From a virus (Duplodnaviria > Heunggongvirae > Uroviricota > Caudoviricetes): DNA of 58,955 nucleotides. Below, one piece after another: positions 1 through 10,276 of the stretch. Location of the stretch: IMG/VR virus record IMGVR_UViG_3300036944_001243, one strand, 5' to 3'. The position numbers and the translations under genes are program-made. The first letter of the stretch is position 1; every line of letters begins with the position of its first letter. The notes below the pieces were generated by a model that saw nothing but the letters and a program-made list of their open reading frames with translations, made no database searches and was not told the DNA's origin.

Positions 1-1
1 A

Positions 2-3000
2 TTCCAAACAGTTGCCGATGGCGCTTTAGAGCTTTCTAGACAAGGTTTAGATGCAGTAGACGTTGTTAAAAGATTAAATGATGCGCTTATTCTTTCTAGA
101 CTTTCTGGTCTTGATGCTCAACAATCAGTAGAAGGTTTGACTGCTGCAATCAACTCTTTCTCAAGTGCGGGCGTTACTAGCGAACAGATTTTGAATAAGT
201 TGGTTGTTGTTTCTCAGAAATACGCCGTTTCCGAAAGAGATCTTATCGAAGGTATCAAGCGCTCTGCTTCTGTTGCAGAACAAGCTGGCGTTTCTCTTGA
301 CGAGCTTATTGGTGTTATCACAACAGTTCAAGAAAGAACTGCGCGTGGTGGTGCTGTTATCGGTAACGCTTTCAAAACAATTTTCTCTAAAATCCAAGAC
401 AAGGGCGCTCTTGAAGATCTTCAAAATTTGGGAATCCAAGTGACTGATGCTGCTGGAAAAATTTTACCAGCGACATCTATTTTACAAAATTTAGCAAAAG
501 AATTTGAAGGTTTAAGTCAAATCCAACAAACAGACATTGCTAAAAAACTTGGTGGTGTTTACCAATTATCCAACTTACTTGCTGCTGTTAAAGACTTAGG
601 TAGTGAAGAGTCTAAATATGCTGATATTGTAAAAAAATCACAAGGAGCAACAACACAAGCTTATCAAAAGAATGTAGCGCTCAATCAAACATTAGACGCT
701 CTTATTAATAAAGTTTCTGTCAGTGCAGAACAATTAGGCGCTACTTTAGGAAAGATTGGATTGACTGATAATTTAAAAGGAGTATTGAATTTCTTTAGCG
801 AATTATTAGATGGTATTCAAAATATCCTTGGAGAAGAAAGTGGATTGGGTAGTCTTGTTCGTGGATTGGCCAAGGGTATTGGTAATTTAATTACTGGACC
901 AGGTTTGGCGTTGTTTGGTGCTATCATCCTTAAACTTTCTAAGGATTTGGTTCAATTCGGTTTTTCAAGTCTCAAGGGATTCTTTGGCATTGGGAAAGCG
1001 GCTAAAGAAATAGCTGATGTCGAAAGATCAATTAATACTGCTTTGGCAACCAATATTGGTTTGCAACAAAAACTCTTCTCATTGGAGGGAAATAGAGCAG
1101 GTCAATTAAAAGTCATAACTGACGCTTTGATTCAACAAGAAGCAGTTATCAGAAGAAGCGCGTCAATCTCAAAAGATTTAGCAAGCCCTTCTTATGGATT
1201 GGGTGTCAGAGCAACCACTCAAGGCTTGAGAGTTCCAGAAAAGAATGCTGCTGGTGGATACATGCCAGCGGTTGCAAAAGAAAGCTCTGACATTAGCAGA
1301 GGAGTTGGTGGCGCAAGATCGGGCGATAAGCCTGTTATTATTCCTAATTTTAATTTTGGCGGCGGCAAGAAGGGTTCTATTGTTGCTCATACAGGAGAGT
1401 ATGCGATTCCTAATTTCGCTGGCAGTGGTGGCACAGCTATCTTCAATAGAAACATGGTGCAAAAAATGGGATTGCCTGCTGGAGCAAAGAAGATCACAGC
1501 TTCTGGGGGATTTATTCCTAATTTCGTTGATTATACACAATATTCTCAAAGTAGATTATCAAGCCTCGTTAATGGGAAAAATTTTCAAAAAAAATTAGAA
1601 TCTGGATCTTTGAGTCAAGAAGAGAAATCTATCCTTGAAGCTTTAAACGCCAAAACAGCTAAATTTTCTAATACATGGAATGGTGAATTATATCCATCTA
1701 GTGTTATGCTGTTGCCTAATGCGTCATCAGGTCAAAATATTAGCCATTCATTTAAAGAACCATATGGTGGATATGATATGTTTGTTGGAAAAGCTTATGG
1801 TATAAATCCAAATTTATCTAAAGATTCGAAATTTAAAAAAATGTTAAATTTAGATTCTGCCATGGATGAATCTTTAGCTAGTGCAGCTAATTTTGTTTTG
1901 CAACAAGTGAAGCCAGATATTGATCCTCAACCAGAATCAGTAACTTCTTCAAATATAAAAAGTTTAATTAGTGCTTCTGGAGGTGCTGGAGCTTTAGGTT
2001 CAATTAGAGGCGCTTTGTTTGAAGCTGTTACAAATTCAATTATAAAAGGAGTTTCTAAAGAATCTATTGGTGCTGGAAATAATAATACTCTAGATGTAGA
2101 ATTTGGCGCATCTAATAAAAGAAATGTTTTAGAAGAAATTTTCGGTTTACCAAAAAATCATTATGATTACGGTGATTATAAAAACAGTTTAGAGCAAAAA
2201 GATAAATACGTTAGACAAGTAATTGATAATTTATCTAAATCTAGAAAATCTAGAATATCTAGAGCCGTATCAGGTTATATACCAAATTTTGCTGATCCAC
2301 TGAAAGATGCAATTAATCGTGAAATGGCTGCTGGAGTGCCAGCATCGCAAATCTACATTGACAAAAACCAATCTCTCAAGAGCGCATCAAATCCAATGGG
2401 TTTGATGGTTGCTAATCGTCGTGATGAGCCTATGGGTGGCCAACAGGGCATTAACCGAGCAATCAAAGAAGGTCGTAATCCAAAGACATATGGTGCTGCT
2501 GGTGGATTTGTGCCAAATTATGCAGAAAATATAAATTTCAGTCCATATATTGGGAAAAATAGACAAGACGCTTTAGCTGAAGAAACAAAACAATATGGAG
2601 AAGCTCTTATTAAAAATACAGAAGCTCTTATTAAAGCTAAAAAAGAACTAGATAAAATAACAGATAAAAATAGCGCCAAAGCCGTTGCATTGACATCAGA
2701 AATAAAAGCATTAAAAGATAATGAAAAAACATTAAAGGATAGTTCTATCGCGACAAGAAAAGTCATAACAGAGCAAACTAAAGGAATTCTTGGAACTGGG
2801 AGAACGGCGACATTACGCCAAGCCAAAGTAACAGGCTCAACTGCTGGAGGCAGCAAGGATATGCTTGGAACTATTTTTGCTGTGCAGGGAGCAATGACCG
2901 CATTGTCTGGAGCTACGGAAGGTGCTACTAGCGGTTTTGCGAAACTTACTAATGGAATTTCATCAGCAGCTAGCACTGCTACTACATTCCTTTTCGCTGG

Positions 3001-6000
3001 ACAAGGACTCGCTCAATCTTTTGGTGGTGCAGAAAAAGGCATTGGAAAAGTTGTTGGAAAATTAGGAGTATATGGAGCAGTAGCAGCGGGTCTTTATACT
3101 GGATTTAAAGAGCTTACTAAATATCTTGATTCTACAAACCCATCTATTCAAAAAGCTTCAGAGTCAATGCTGAGAGTGTCTGATGCCGCTAGTAAAGCAG
3201 CAATTAATTTAAATACTTTAAATCCAGCACAACAAGAAATAGTTAAAAAGCAATCAGCAGATTTAATTGCTGGGGCTAGAAAATATGAAACTACTGTATA
3301 TACACCAACTATGGGGACATATGGAGCTTCTAATGTTCAAACTGGTATAAACTACGCTAACTTTGAGGGTGTCAGTGATCAAATGAAAGTGGGATTTGAA
3401 AATCTTATATCACAAGCCGCAGGAGTAGGGGTTGATACAAATACAATATATAATGAAATGAGATCAAGATTTCAAAGCGGAAGTGTAATGACTTCCTCTG
3501 AGGTCCAAGATCTCTCTAATTTATTAAGTAATCAAATATCAGAAATTGCAAAAAAAGGCTCCCCAACATCAATAATTCAAGGCTTAACGGAAGAGCAGAA
3601 GAAAAAATACGCATCAATTACTCCAAAAGAGATGGAGGATGCCATTTCCAATAGAACTAATGAAGATGGATCGACTAATAATAATAATATATTAGCGGAT
3701 TTACAGGAAAAATTTTTTACCGCTGGTGTCAAAGGTGATGTTGCAAGACAAGAATCAATTCGCAAAACAATAGAATTGCTGAGAGATCAACAGGCTGCTG
3801 AAGAAAATACTCAAAAAGAAGCTGTATCTAAAGTTCCAGTCCAGCTACGCGAAACAATCAAAAATATACAGCGTGAAAAACTAGAAAGAGAATCCATAAG
3901 AAAAATAGATCAGGATATATCTAAAACACGTTATAACTCTTCTGTTGCTATTGCTGGTATAGAAGCTGATTTGACGCTTTCTGCATCGCAAAGAGCTATC
4001 AAGACTCTTGAGGTTCAAAGCGCTTTAGAAAAGCAGACTGCTGAATTAGAAGCTCAAAAATCAATTCAAGAAGAATTGAATAAATTAGTTGCAGAATTTA
4101 CAGATAATCCTGCGTTTAAATTAGTTCAAGATGGAGAAAAAATTGCAAGAACAACTTTGCAAGGGCTCACTACAAACGAAAATGCCAAAAAACTACTTGG
4201 AGCACCAAAAGATGAACAAGAAAACGCTGCTATCGATTTGGTTAAAGAAAGTTTAAAAGGCACTGCTTTAGCGCCTATTGAGAGTGCGGCAGTAGCTTTA
4301 GCAGATCAATTATTGAAAGCTCTCAATTTGCAAGAGAAAGCTAACCAATCTCTTGAGGATGCTAATAAAGAAAGAGAAAAATCAAAAAATCTTGAAATAG
4401 TCAAAAATAAAATTCAAGAACAGAATAATAGACTTCTCCAAGAAGCTCAAAGTAGAATATCTGCTATTGCTGATAACTACACAATGAATGCTGGAAGAGT
4501 TGCTGGAGAAATTCGTTTAAATTCTCCAAGGCAAGAATTAGCTTTAGCTCAGTATAATGCAACCACACAAGAAACAGATCCTCGCAAACTTAGAGAAGAT
4601 CAAAGAAAAATAATTGACGAATTCTTCCAAAAGCAAGTTAATTTACAAGCTGAACAATCACGTATTGAAGCAGAAGCTGATTTTATCAGAAATCTAAAAG
4701 TTGAAGATAATATAAAATCAATAGATGAAAATACTAAAGCATTAAAAGATCTTTATGATTCTTTAACAAAAGAAGCAGCCATGACTCCAGAAAATGTTGC
4801 AGCAAAAAATACAGATTTAACTGGAGTTGATACAGTGCATTTGCGCAAATTAATTGCAGCAGAAGTGGGCTCACAAGGAGAAAATGCTCAAGCAGCACTT
4901 CTAGCGACAATATTTAATAGAGCGGAAAAGCAGGGTAAATCTATTAATGATATTAGCAAAAATGAGAGATATTATGCGCCTTTACAAAATCCTCAAAAAT
5001 TCATGGCGACGCCTCCAATTTCGCAAGATTTATTTGATAAAATTTTAAAGAATCCGTATATAAATTCTCAATATTTGCATAATGCTACTAATAATGCTGA
5101 AGGAAGAGCTATGATGAAGAAGGAGGGTGTAAATTTTGAATCATCAGCAGCTATAATTGGAAATGAATATTTTTACAATAAACCAGGAGAATTATCGGGA
5201 GCAAAATCAACTGGAATAACATCGCAAAAAGCTTCTTTAAGAACAGCAGAAATTGGTTCAGAAGCAATTAATAAAGCCAGAGAGCTTTCATCAATACAAG
5301 ACGCTACAACAATTAATGAAAAAGCTTTAGAATATGCTAAAACAGTTGCGACTACTGAAGAATCTGCGCAGGGTCTTGCGGAACAAATAAAAAATCTTGC
5401 CATTAGAATGCAACAAATTGGCAAAGAAAAAACTTTATCTGGAGAGGAAAATACTCTGAAGAATATGGCTCAATCTGCGCAGGATGTTGTAAGATCTTTA
5501 GCTTATCTAGACAAAGTAAGTATTGAACAATCTATGCAACAAGCTCCTTCTACATTCTCAGAAGGAATGGCAAATGGATTTTTACAGATTCAGGCAGATG
5601 GTCAAAACTTCGCTTATCTTTTAGGAAAAGATATTCCAAAGATGTTTGCTGAAGGCATGTCCAATGCAATTAATTCAGCAATCGAAGGATCTAAATCTAT
5701 TGGTGATGCTTTAAAATCTGCCGCATATGAATTTGTCAAAGCTATTAATCAAAAATTAATGGGCAATTTGGTAGATAAAGCTGTTGGAGGTTTGGGCAAT
5801 TTAGGAATGAGCTTTTTCCAAACTAAAGCTGCTGGAGGTATGATTACTGGCGGATCTGGAAGCAAAGATGATGTTCCAGCAATGCTTATGGGCGGAGAAT
5901 TTGTTATGAACAAAAAAGCCGTGCAAAAGTATGGCCCAGATTTCTTGAATGCGCTCAACAGCGGATCTATTGGTGGATATGCAAAAGGTGGACCAGTTCA

Positions 6001-6970
6001 AAGAGGACCGCAAGGAAACTTTTATACACCAGGTCAATACGGATCGGGCGCAATCTCTGGTTCTAAGAACTTGTTGGATTTTGCAACACAATCCTATAGC
6101 AGTGGCAAAAGAGACGAAATCATCAACAGTGGTAATTTTGCTTCAATCAATTTGGAAGCGGAAAGCGCAAGATTAACTAATTTCGGCAGACAAAACAATC
6201 CTGCCGCAGATGCATTAAGATCGGCAAAAGAAGAAGCTTTCTCTTTATACTTGAGAGATTATGAAGCCAAAAAAGAAGAACAAAAGAAACAAAAGGAACA
6301 ATCTAAGGCGCTAAAGAATCAATTATTGATGCTTGGTATTTCTGTTGTCGGTGGTTCTTTAGTTAAGTCTGCGGCGACTGGATTTGGCAATGCTTATACT
6401 CAAGCTCAAAATTTAGGCCAAGGATATATGTCATCTTTAGGCGCTGGAGTAGAAGGAATATGGAGTGGATATAACGGATCTGGAGGATTGGCTAATATAT
6501 TTAGCGATACAGCATTCACTCCTCGCGCTAAAATTGTTGGCGACGTAAATGGAATGCCATACGCAAAATATAGAGCTACAGGAGGAATGATCCCTCCAAC
6601 ATCTGGAATCGACACTGTATCTACAATGCTTACTGGTGGAGAATTCGTGATGAATCGTGCGGCTGCTCAAAACATTGGCGCGGGCAACTTGCAATCATTG
6701 AACAGCGGAGCAAAGTCACTTCCAACAGAAGAAAAGAGCGAAGAATTGAACGACAGATTGATCTCTAAGCTTGATGAGTTGATCGAGGCATCAGGTGCCG
6801 CAGGCAACATCACAATCAACGTAGAAGGCGGCTCTGGCAAGTCTTCTGAGACTTCTGATGGCAAGAGTGCAGAAGGCAAGCAACAGCTTGCTAGACAGAT
6901 CAGAGACGCAGTTCTCAAGGTCATCCAAGAAGAGAAGAGACTCGGTGGTCAATTAAGAAGAGGAATGTAA
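2..6970 (+). CDS. Tail tape measure protein (TP901/PhageMin_Tail type), 5'-partial; contains a putative nuclease-like cassette and a SleB-like hydrolase domain
   Basis: Frame is open from nt 2 (FQTVADGALELSRQG...LSRLSGLDAQQSVEGLTAAINSF), so the real start lies upstream of the window. Over 2300 aa, Ala/Gly/helix-rich, with TMP motifs (ERTARGGAVIGNAFKTIF; AAGGMITGGSGSKDDVPAMLMGGEFVMN). Followed by tail genes. Confidence 0.92.
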   Translation, partial: FQTVADGALELSRQGLDAVDVVKRLNDALILSRLSGLDAQQSVEGLTAAINSFSSAGVTSEQILNKLVVVSQKYAVSERDLIEGIKRSASVAEQAGVSLDELIGVITTVQERTARGGAVIGNAFKTIFSKIQDKGALEDLQNLGIQVTDAAGKILPATSILQNLAKEFEGLSQIQQTDIAKKLGGVYQLSNLLAAVKDLGSEESKYADIVKKSQGATTQAYQKNVALNQTLDALINKVSVSAEQLGATLGKIGLTDNLKGVLNFFSELLDGIQNILGEESGLGSLVRGLAKGIGNLITGPGLALFGAIILKLSKDLVQFGFSSLKGFFGIGKAAKEIADVERSINTALATNIGLQQKLFSLEGNRAGQLKVITDALIQQEAVIRRSASISKDLASPSYGLGVRATTQGLRVPEKNAAGGYMPAVAKESSDISRGVGGARSGDKPVIIPNFNFGGGKKGSIVAHTGEYAIPNFAGSGGTAIFNRNMVQKMGLPAGAKKITASGGFIPNFVDYTQYSQSRLSSLVNGKNFQKKLESGSLSQEEKSILEALNAKTAKFSNTWNGELYPSSVMLLPNASSGQNISHSFKEPYGGYDMFVGKAYGINPNLSKDSKFKKMLNLDSAMDESLASAANFVLQQVKPDIDPQPESVTSSNIKSLISASGGAGALGSIRGALFEAVTNSIIKGVSKESIGAGNNNTLDVEFGASNKRNVLEEIFGLPKNHYDYGDYKNSLEQKDKYVRQVIDNLSKSRKSRISRAVSGYIPNFADPLKDAINREMAAGVPASQIYIDKNQSLKSASNPMGLMVANRRDEPMGGQQGINRAIKEGRNPKTYGAAGGFVPNYAENINFSPYIGKNRQDALAEETKQYGEALIKNTEALIKAKKELDKITDKNSAKAVALTSEIKALKDNEKTLKDSSIATRKVITEQTKGILGTGRTATLRQAKVTGSTAGGSKDMLGTIFAVQGAMTALSGATEGATSGFAKLTNGISSAASTATTFLFAGQGLAQSFGGAEKGIGKVVGKLGVYGAVAAGLYTGFKELTKYLDSTNPSIQKASESMLRVSDAASKAAINLNTLNPAQQEIVKKQSADLIAGARKYETTVYTPTMGTYGASNVQTGINYANFEGVSDQMKVGFENLISQAAGVGVDTNTIYNEMRSRFQSGSVMTSSEVQDLSNLLSNQISEIAKKGSPTSIIQGLTEEQKKKYASITPKEMEDAISNRTNEDGSTNNNNILADLQEKFFTAGVKGDVARQESIRKTIELLRDQQAAEENTQKEAVSKVPVQLRETIKNIQREKLERESIRKIDQDISKTRYNSSVAIAGIEADLTLSASQRAIKTLEVQSALEKQTAELEAQKSIQEELNKLVAEFTDNPAFKLVQDGEKIARTTLQGLTTNENAKKLLGAPKDEQENAAIDLVKESLKGTALAPIESAAVALADQLLKALNLQEKANQSLEDANKEREKSKNLEIVKNKIQEQNNRLLQEAQSRISAIADNYTMNAGRVAGEIRLNSPRQELALAQYNATTQETDPRKLREDQRKIIDEFFQKQVNLQAEQSRIEAEADFIRNLKVEDNIKSIDENTKALKDLYDSLTKEAAMTPENVAAKNTDLTGVDTVHLRKLIAAEVGSQGENAQAALLATIFNRAEKQGKSINDISKNERYYAPLQNPQKFMATPPISQDLFDKILKNPYINSQYLHNATNNAEGRAMMKKEGVNFESSAAIIGNEYFYNKPGELSGAKSTGITSQKASLRTAEIGSEAINKARELSSIQDATTINEKALEYAKTVATTEESAQGLAEQIKNLAIRMQQIGKEKTLSGEENTLKNMAQSAQDVVRSLAYLDKVSIEQSMQQAPSTFSEGMANGFLQIQADGQNFAYLLGKDIPKMFAEGMSNAINSAIEGSKSIGDALKSAAYEFVKAINQKLMGNLVDKAVGGLGNLGMSFFQTKAAGGMITGGSGSKDDVPAMLMGGEFVMNKKAVQKYGPDFLNALNSGSIGGYAKGGPVQRGPQGNFYTPGQYGSGAISGSKNLLDFATQSYSSGKRDEIINSGNFASINLEAESARLTNFGRQNNPAADALRSAKEEAFSLYLRDYEAKKEEQKKQKEQSKALKNQLLMLGISVVGGSLVKSAATGFGNAYTQAQNLGQGYMSSLGAGVEGIWSGYNGSGGLANIFSDTAFTPRAKIVGDVNGMPYAKYRATGGMIPPTSGIDTVSTMLTGGEFVMNRAAAQNIGAGNLQSLNSGAKSLPTEEKSEELNDRLISKLDELIEASGAAGNITINVEGGSGKSSETSDGKSAEGKQQLARQIRDAVLKVIQEEKRLGGQLRRGM

Positions 6971-6971
6971 T

Positions 6972-7763
6972 ATGTTCGGACAAACAACCAACTACGAAAA
7001 CAAACTATTCATTTCGGGCCAAGAAGTTTTTGGCGTCGAAAACTTAGATATTTCATATTCTAATTCTCCAGTTGTTTCTAAATATCTTGGATTCACTAAA
7101 GGAACAACTACTGTTAATGGCGCGACTCAGCAAAAACTCAGCATATCAAGAAATCTTATTTACCAAGATCCTCTGTTGAGTTATACTGGGTCCGCGCAGA
7201 TAAGCGGAAGCGTTAATTATAACAATAATAGCTATGGATTTAAAAGCGGATTCCTTGATGAGTATATGGTAAACTGCGCAGTTGGATCAATACCAAAAGT
7301 CAGCACCAATATAACAATTTACGATGAATTAAAAACTGGAGCAAACGATGCATCTGGATCAGTCGCTGCGCCGACTTTTTATATTCCAAACCAAGGTTCT
7401 ATTTCATTGACATGTGATAATTCCTCCACCAATAGAGTTGTTGGTTTTGATTATTCAGTTAGATGCATTAGAAAACCAATTTATAACGTTGGTTCAAAAT
7501 TCCCAACAGAGATAGCGTTGATTGCGCCTTCAGAGTTTTCAGCAACAGTTCAGATAGAAGTTGACGATGCGTTTCTCGCTAGTGGTATGGAATTTTTATC
7601 GAAAAGACAAAATAAAACATTATCATTTTCTATAAAGTCTAGAGATAATTCCGTCACTTTACAACAACTGTCAATACCAAACGCATCATTGATTGGTGAA
7701 AGTTTATCTAGTAGCGCGGACGGGGGCGTGAAGATTACATTAAATTACATAGGACACTCATGA
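6972..7763 (+). CDS. Tail structural protein (tube/distal-tail-like, beta-rich)
   Basis: Directly follows the TMP. Beta-rich S/T/G sequence with an internal two-fold pattern that resembles the 8701 ORF (YMVNCAVGSIPKVS vs YAVAFAIGQIPIVS). Confidence 0.55.
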   Translation: MFGQTTNYENKLFISGQEVFGVENLDISYSNSPVVSKYLGFTKGTTTVNGATQQKLSISRNLIYQDPLLSYTGSAQISGSVNYNNNSYGFKSGFLDEYMVNCAVGSIPKVSTNITIYDELKTGANDASGSVAAPTFYIPNQGSISLTCDNSSTNRVVGFDYSVRCIRKPIYNVGSKFPTEIALIAPSEFSATVQIEVDDAFLASGMEFLSKRQNKTLSFSIKSRDNSVTLQQLSIPNASLIGESLSSSADGGVKITLNYIGHS

Positions 7764-8704
7764 GCGCATTTTACGACAGAACAACAGGCAATATAACTGG
7801 AGCCGCAACATTAACCAGCTTGAGCTTTGAGCCAGTGTATGGTTCTAGAGCTTCATTTGATTCAAGAGCAAACATATACGAAACCCAAAATGGATATTTC
7901 AACATAATTCCAATGTCAGTTAATAGCCTGAATGCTAAATTTGAGTTAAGATACGATCTTAATGAAACGGGCGCTCAAGCATTAGTTTCTTATATCGAGA
8001 AGCAAGAGGGCAGCAAACTATTTGCTTTTTCTGACGCTTCTAACTTTTACAAAACAATTAGCGGTGTGTGCGATAATTATGCAATCAATCATGTTAATAA
8101 AAACCATTATGAAGTGGCGGTATCTTTTGAAGTTAATCAAGCTCCGACTTTACTTAATTGGTCTGGTATGACATTTGTTAATAGCCCATTACAAAAATGG
8201 TCGAGCGCGACATCATACAAAAAATATGATATTGTTTACAGCGGAATCAGCGATAACAAACTAAACAACTATTATTATTGCAGCGGAGATCACACATCAT
8301 CTAGCGCTTCTGTAGATGGACCTACTGGATCATCGTCAAAATGGACTCAAGCGTTTTTCTTTGAGCCTGATGTTGCGTTTCAAAACGATGTAGCTATAAA
8401 AGTAGATAAAATTGAATTCAAAAACTCATTCATCCAAAGAATGAAAACAAGAAGAAATTTAGCGCAAACAAACTTCTCTTATAAATACAGCAATGTATCG
8501 ACAAGGCAGGCGAAAGCGATAATTCATTTCTTGGAGAATAAAGCTGGCTATAGAAAATTTTTACACATTCCGCAATCAGTGTATAATAGAGAAAAAGTAT
8601 TCTACGCGCCTTCTTGGAGCCACACTTTTAAATATTATGATTCTCATGATATTGAAGTTTCATTGATCGAAGATCCATTAGGAGTAATACCAACAGGAAC
8701 ATGA
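7760..8704 (+). CDS. Minor tail protein: tandem lambda gpM/Dit-like domains with a central carbohydrate-binding-like module
   Basis: Both halves show the gpM pattern (AQALVSYIEKQEGSKLFAF; AKAIIHFLENKAGYRKFLH). They are separated by WSSATSYKKYDIVY...YYYCSGDHTS...KWTQ. Confidence 0.65.
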   Translation: MSAFYDRTTGNITGAATLTSLSFEPVYGSRASFDSRANIYETQNGYFNIIPMSVNSLNAKFELRYDLNETGAQALVSYIEKQEGSKLFAFSDASNFYKTISGVCDNYAINHVNKNHYEVAVSFEVNQAPTLLNWSGMTFVNSPLQKWSSATSYKKYDIVYSGISDNKLNNYYYCSGDHTSSSASVDGPTGSSSKWTQAFFFEPDVAFQNDVAIKVDKIEFKNSFIQRMKTRRNLAQTNFSYKYSNVSTRQAKAIIHFLENKAGYRKFLHIPQSVYNREKVFYAPSWSHTFKYYDSHDIEVSLIEDPLGVIPTGT

Positions 8705-9864
8705 AAAAAATAGTCATAAAAAGCAATGCGGCCTTCGCATTAATTGGAAATTCTCCAGCGTGGACAACTGGGCAAGACTCAGGAAGATTGCTGTCTCTTG
8801 TTCAGAGTTCTGATTGTTCAATATCAACCGATAGACAAAAAATCAAACAAATCGGAAGCCAAGACTATGCCGTAAATGATATTATGAAAGCTCCAGATGT
8901 TGAGCTATCTATGAGTTATTATTTAAGTCCTTATTTAAGCAATGAATTATTGTTTGGCTTGCAAGGCTCTGGAAATAGTTATGAACCAGCGCTTTCAAAT
9001 TTACAAGGCAAGAATAACAACATATATCTATTGATTAATACAGAAGATGGAGTAGATGGTTTTTCTGAGCCTAAAAAAGTGTCGCCAAATTTCAGCGGAT
9101 ACAATGCAATGAATTTTGGCAACTGCTATCTCAACAAATATGCTGTCGCTTTTGCAATTGGGCAGATTCCAATTGTTTCTGTAGGATTCGCGTCTTCTAA
9201 TCTAAGATTTGAATCTTTAACTGGCAACTCTATGTCAATACCAGCGATCAATAGTGTTTCTGGTAATAATAGTGGATCTGGTAATTTGAATTTGGCAAAT
9301 CTATATCAAACAATAACTGGATCTTATATTAGTCAAGATTTGGAATCAAGAACAGAATACAATGCGCCAGTAGCTTTGCCGAGCGTCAGCACTTTTTCAT
9401 TACAAAATCTACAAATCGGTGGCGTCAATTTGAGCGAATCATCTTCTCCACTTTTGCAGTCTTTTTCTTTAGATTTGGATTTATCAAGAGTGCCGCTATA
9501 TGGACTTGGCAGCAATTATGTTTTTGATAGAAAACTACTATTCCCAAACAATGGGCAAGTGCAGATTTCTTGTTTAGTTTCTGGATTGGCGACTGGACAA
9601 CTGCAATCAATGCTAACAAATGAAAGCGGCTATTCTCTCGAAATCTCTTTCTCTAACCAAACAAGACTAGAATCTGGTTTTTATAAAATAGAAAATGCAA
9701 AACTAGAAAACTCCAGCTACTCAATTCAGGTCAATGGCTCGATGCAATTTAACGCAACATACTCATTCGCCGCAAATGAAACTGGAGGATTCTTTATGAA
9801 GAGATTATTAGGTCAAGCTGGAACGTATGCCTCATTTGATATTCTAGGAGCTTTTGTTCCTTAA
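8701..9864 (+). CDS. Tail structural protein (tube-like)
   Basis: ATGA-coupled to the preceding tail gene; beta-rich and S/G-rich; similar to the 6972 ORF. Confidence 0.5.
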   Translation: MKKIVIKSNAAFALIGNSPAWTTGQDSGRLLSLVQSSDCSISTDRQKIKQIGSQDYAVNDIMKAPDVELSMSYYLSPYLSNELLFGLQGSGNSYEPALSNLQGKNNNIYLLINTEDGVDGFSEPKKVSPNFSGYNAMNFGNCYLNKYAVAFAIGQIPIVSVGFASSNLRFESLTGNSMSIPAINSVSGNNSGSGNLNLANLYQTITGSYISQDLESRTEYNAPVALPSVSTFSLQNLQIGGVNLSESSSPLLQSFSLDLDLSRVPLYGLGSNYVFDRKLLFPNNGQVQISCLVSGLATGQLQSMLTNESGYSLEISFSNQTRLESGFYKIENAKLENSSYSIQVNGSMQFNATYSFAANETGGFFMKRLLGQAGTYASFDILGAFVP

Positions 9865-10262
9865 TCTTTAGCATTGAAGTCAACAGTAACATGCTTGTTC
9901 TCAAACTTCTTCTTTAGCTGATCTGGGTGCTTTGCGCCCTTTCTTGCTTTAGAATAGTTGTCAAAATACTGCTGTTTGACTGGATCAACTCCACCTGCTA
10001 TCTCGGCTCTTTTAGCGCTCAGTTCAGCGCTCCTATCGATCAGGTCGCCATATGTTCCCTTTTTATTGTATGTTTTTTCAGTAAATTGCTGAGAACTAAA
10101 TGGATCGACAACTGAATCGATAGAAGCCTGTGGAACCGTAAACACTCTTTTCCAGCTATTTTCATCACCATTTTCACCAAAGTATTCATGCTTTTCCTTC
10201 ATTGACTGAAAGACTTCTCGATATTCATTGGTGCTTACGTTGTGATAGATATAGACTGGCAT
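9861..10262 (-). CDS. FmdB-like regulatory protein lacking the usual zinc-ribbon cysteines
   Basis: N-terminus MPVYIYHNVSTNEYREVFQSMKE matches the FmdB pattern MPxYxYxC..C...FE..QSM, but with no Cys. Confidence 0.45.
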   Translation of the reverse strand: MPVYIYHNVSTNEYREVFQSMKEKHEYFGENGDENSWKRVFTVPQASIDSVVDPFSSQQFTEKTYNKKGTYGDLIDRSAELSAKRAEIAGGVDPVKQQYFDNYSKARKGAKHPDQLKKKFENKHVTVDFNAKD

Positions 10263-10276
10263 GAGTAATTATAAAC

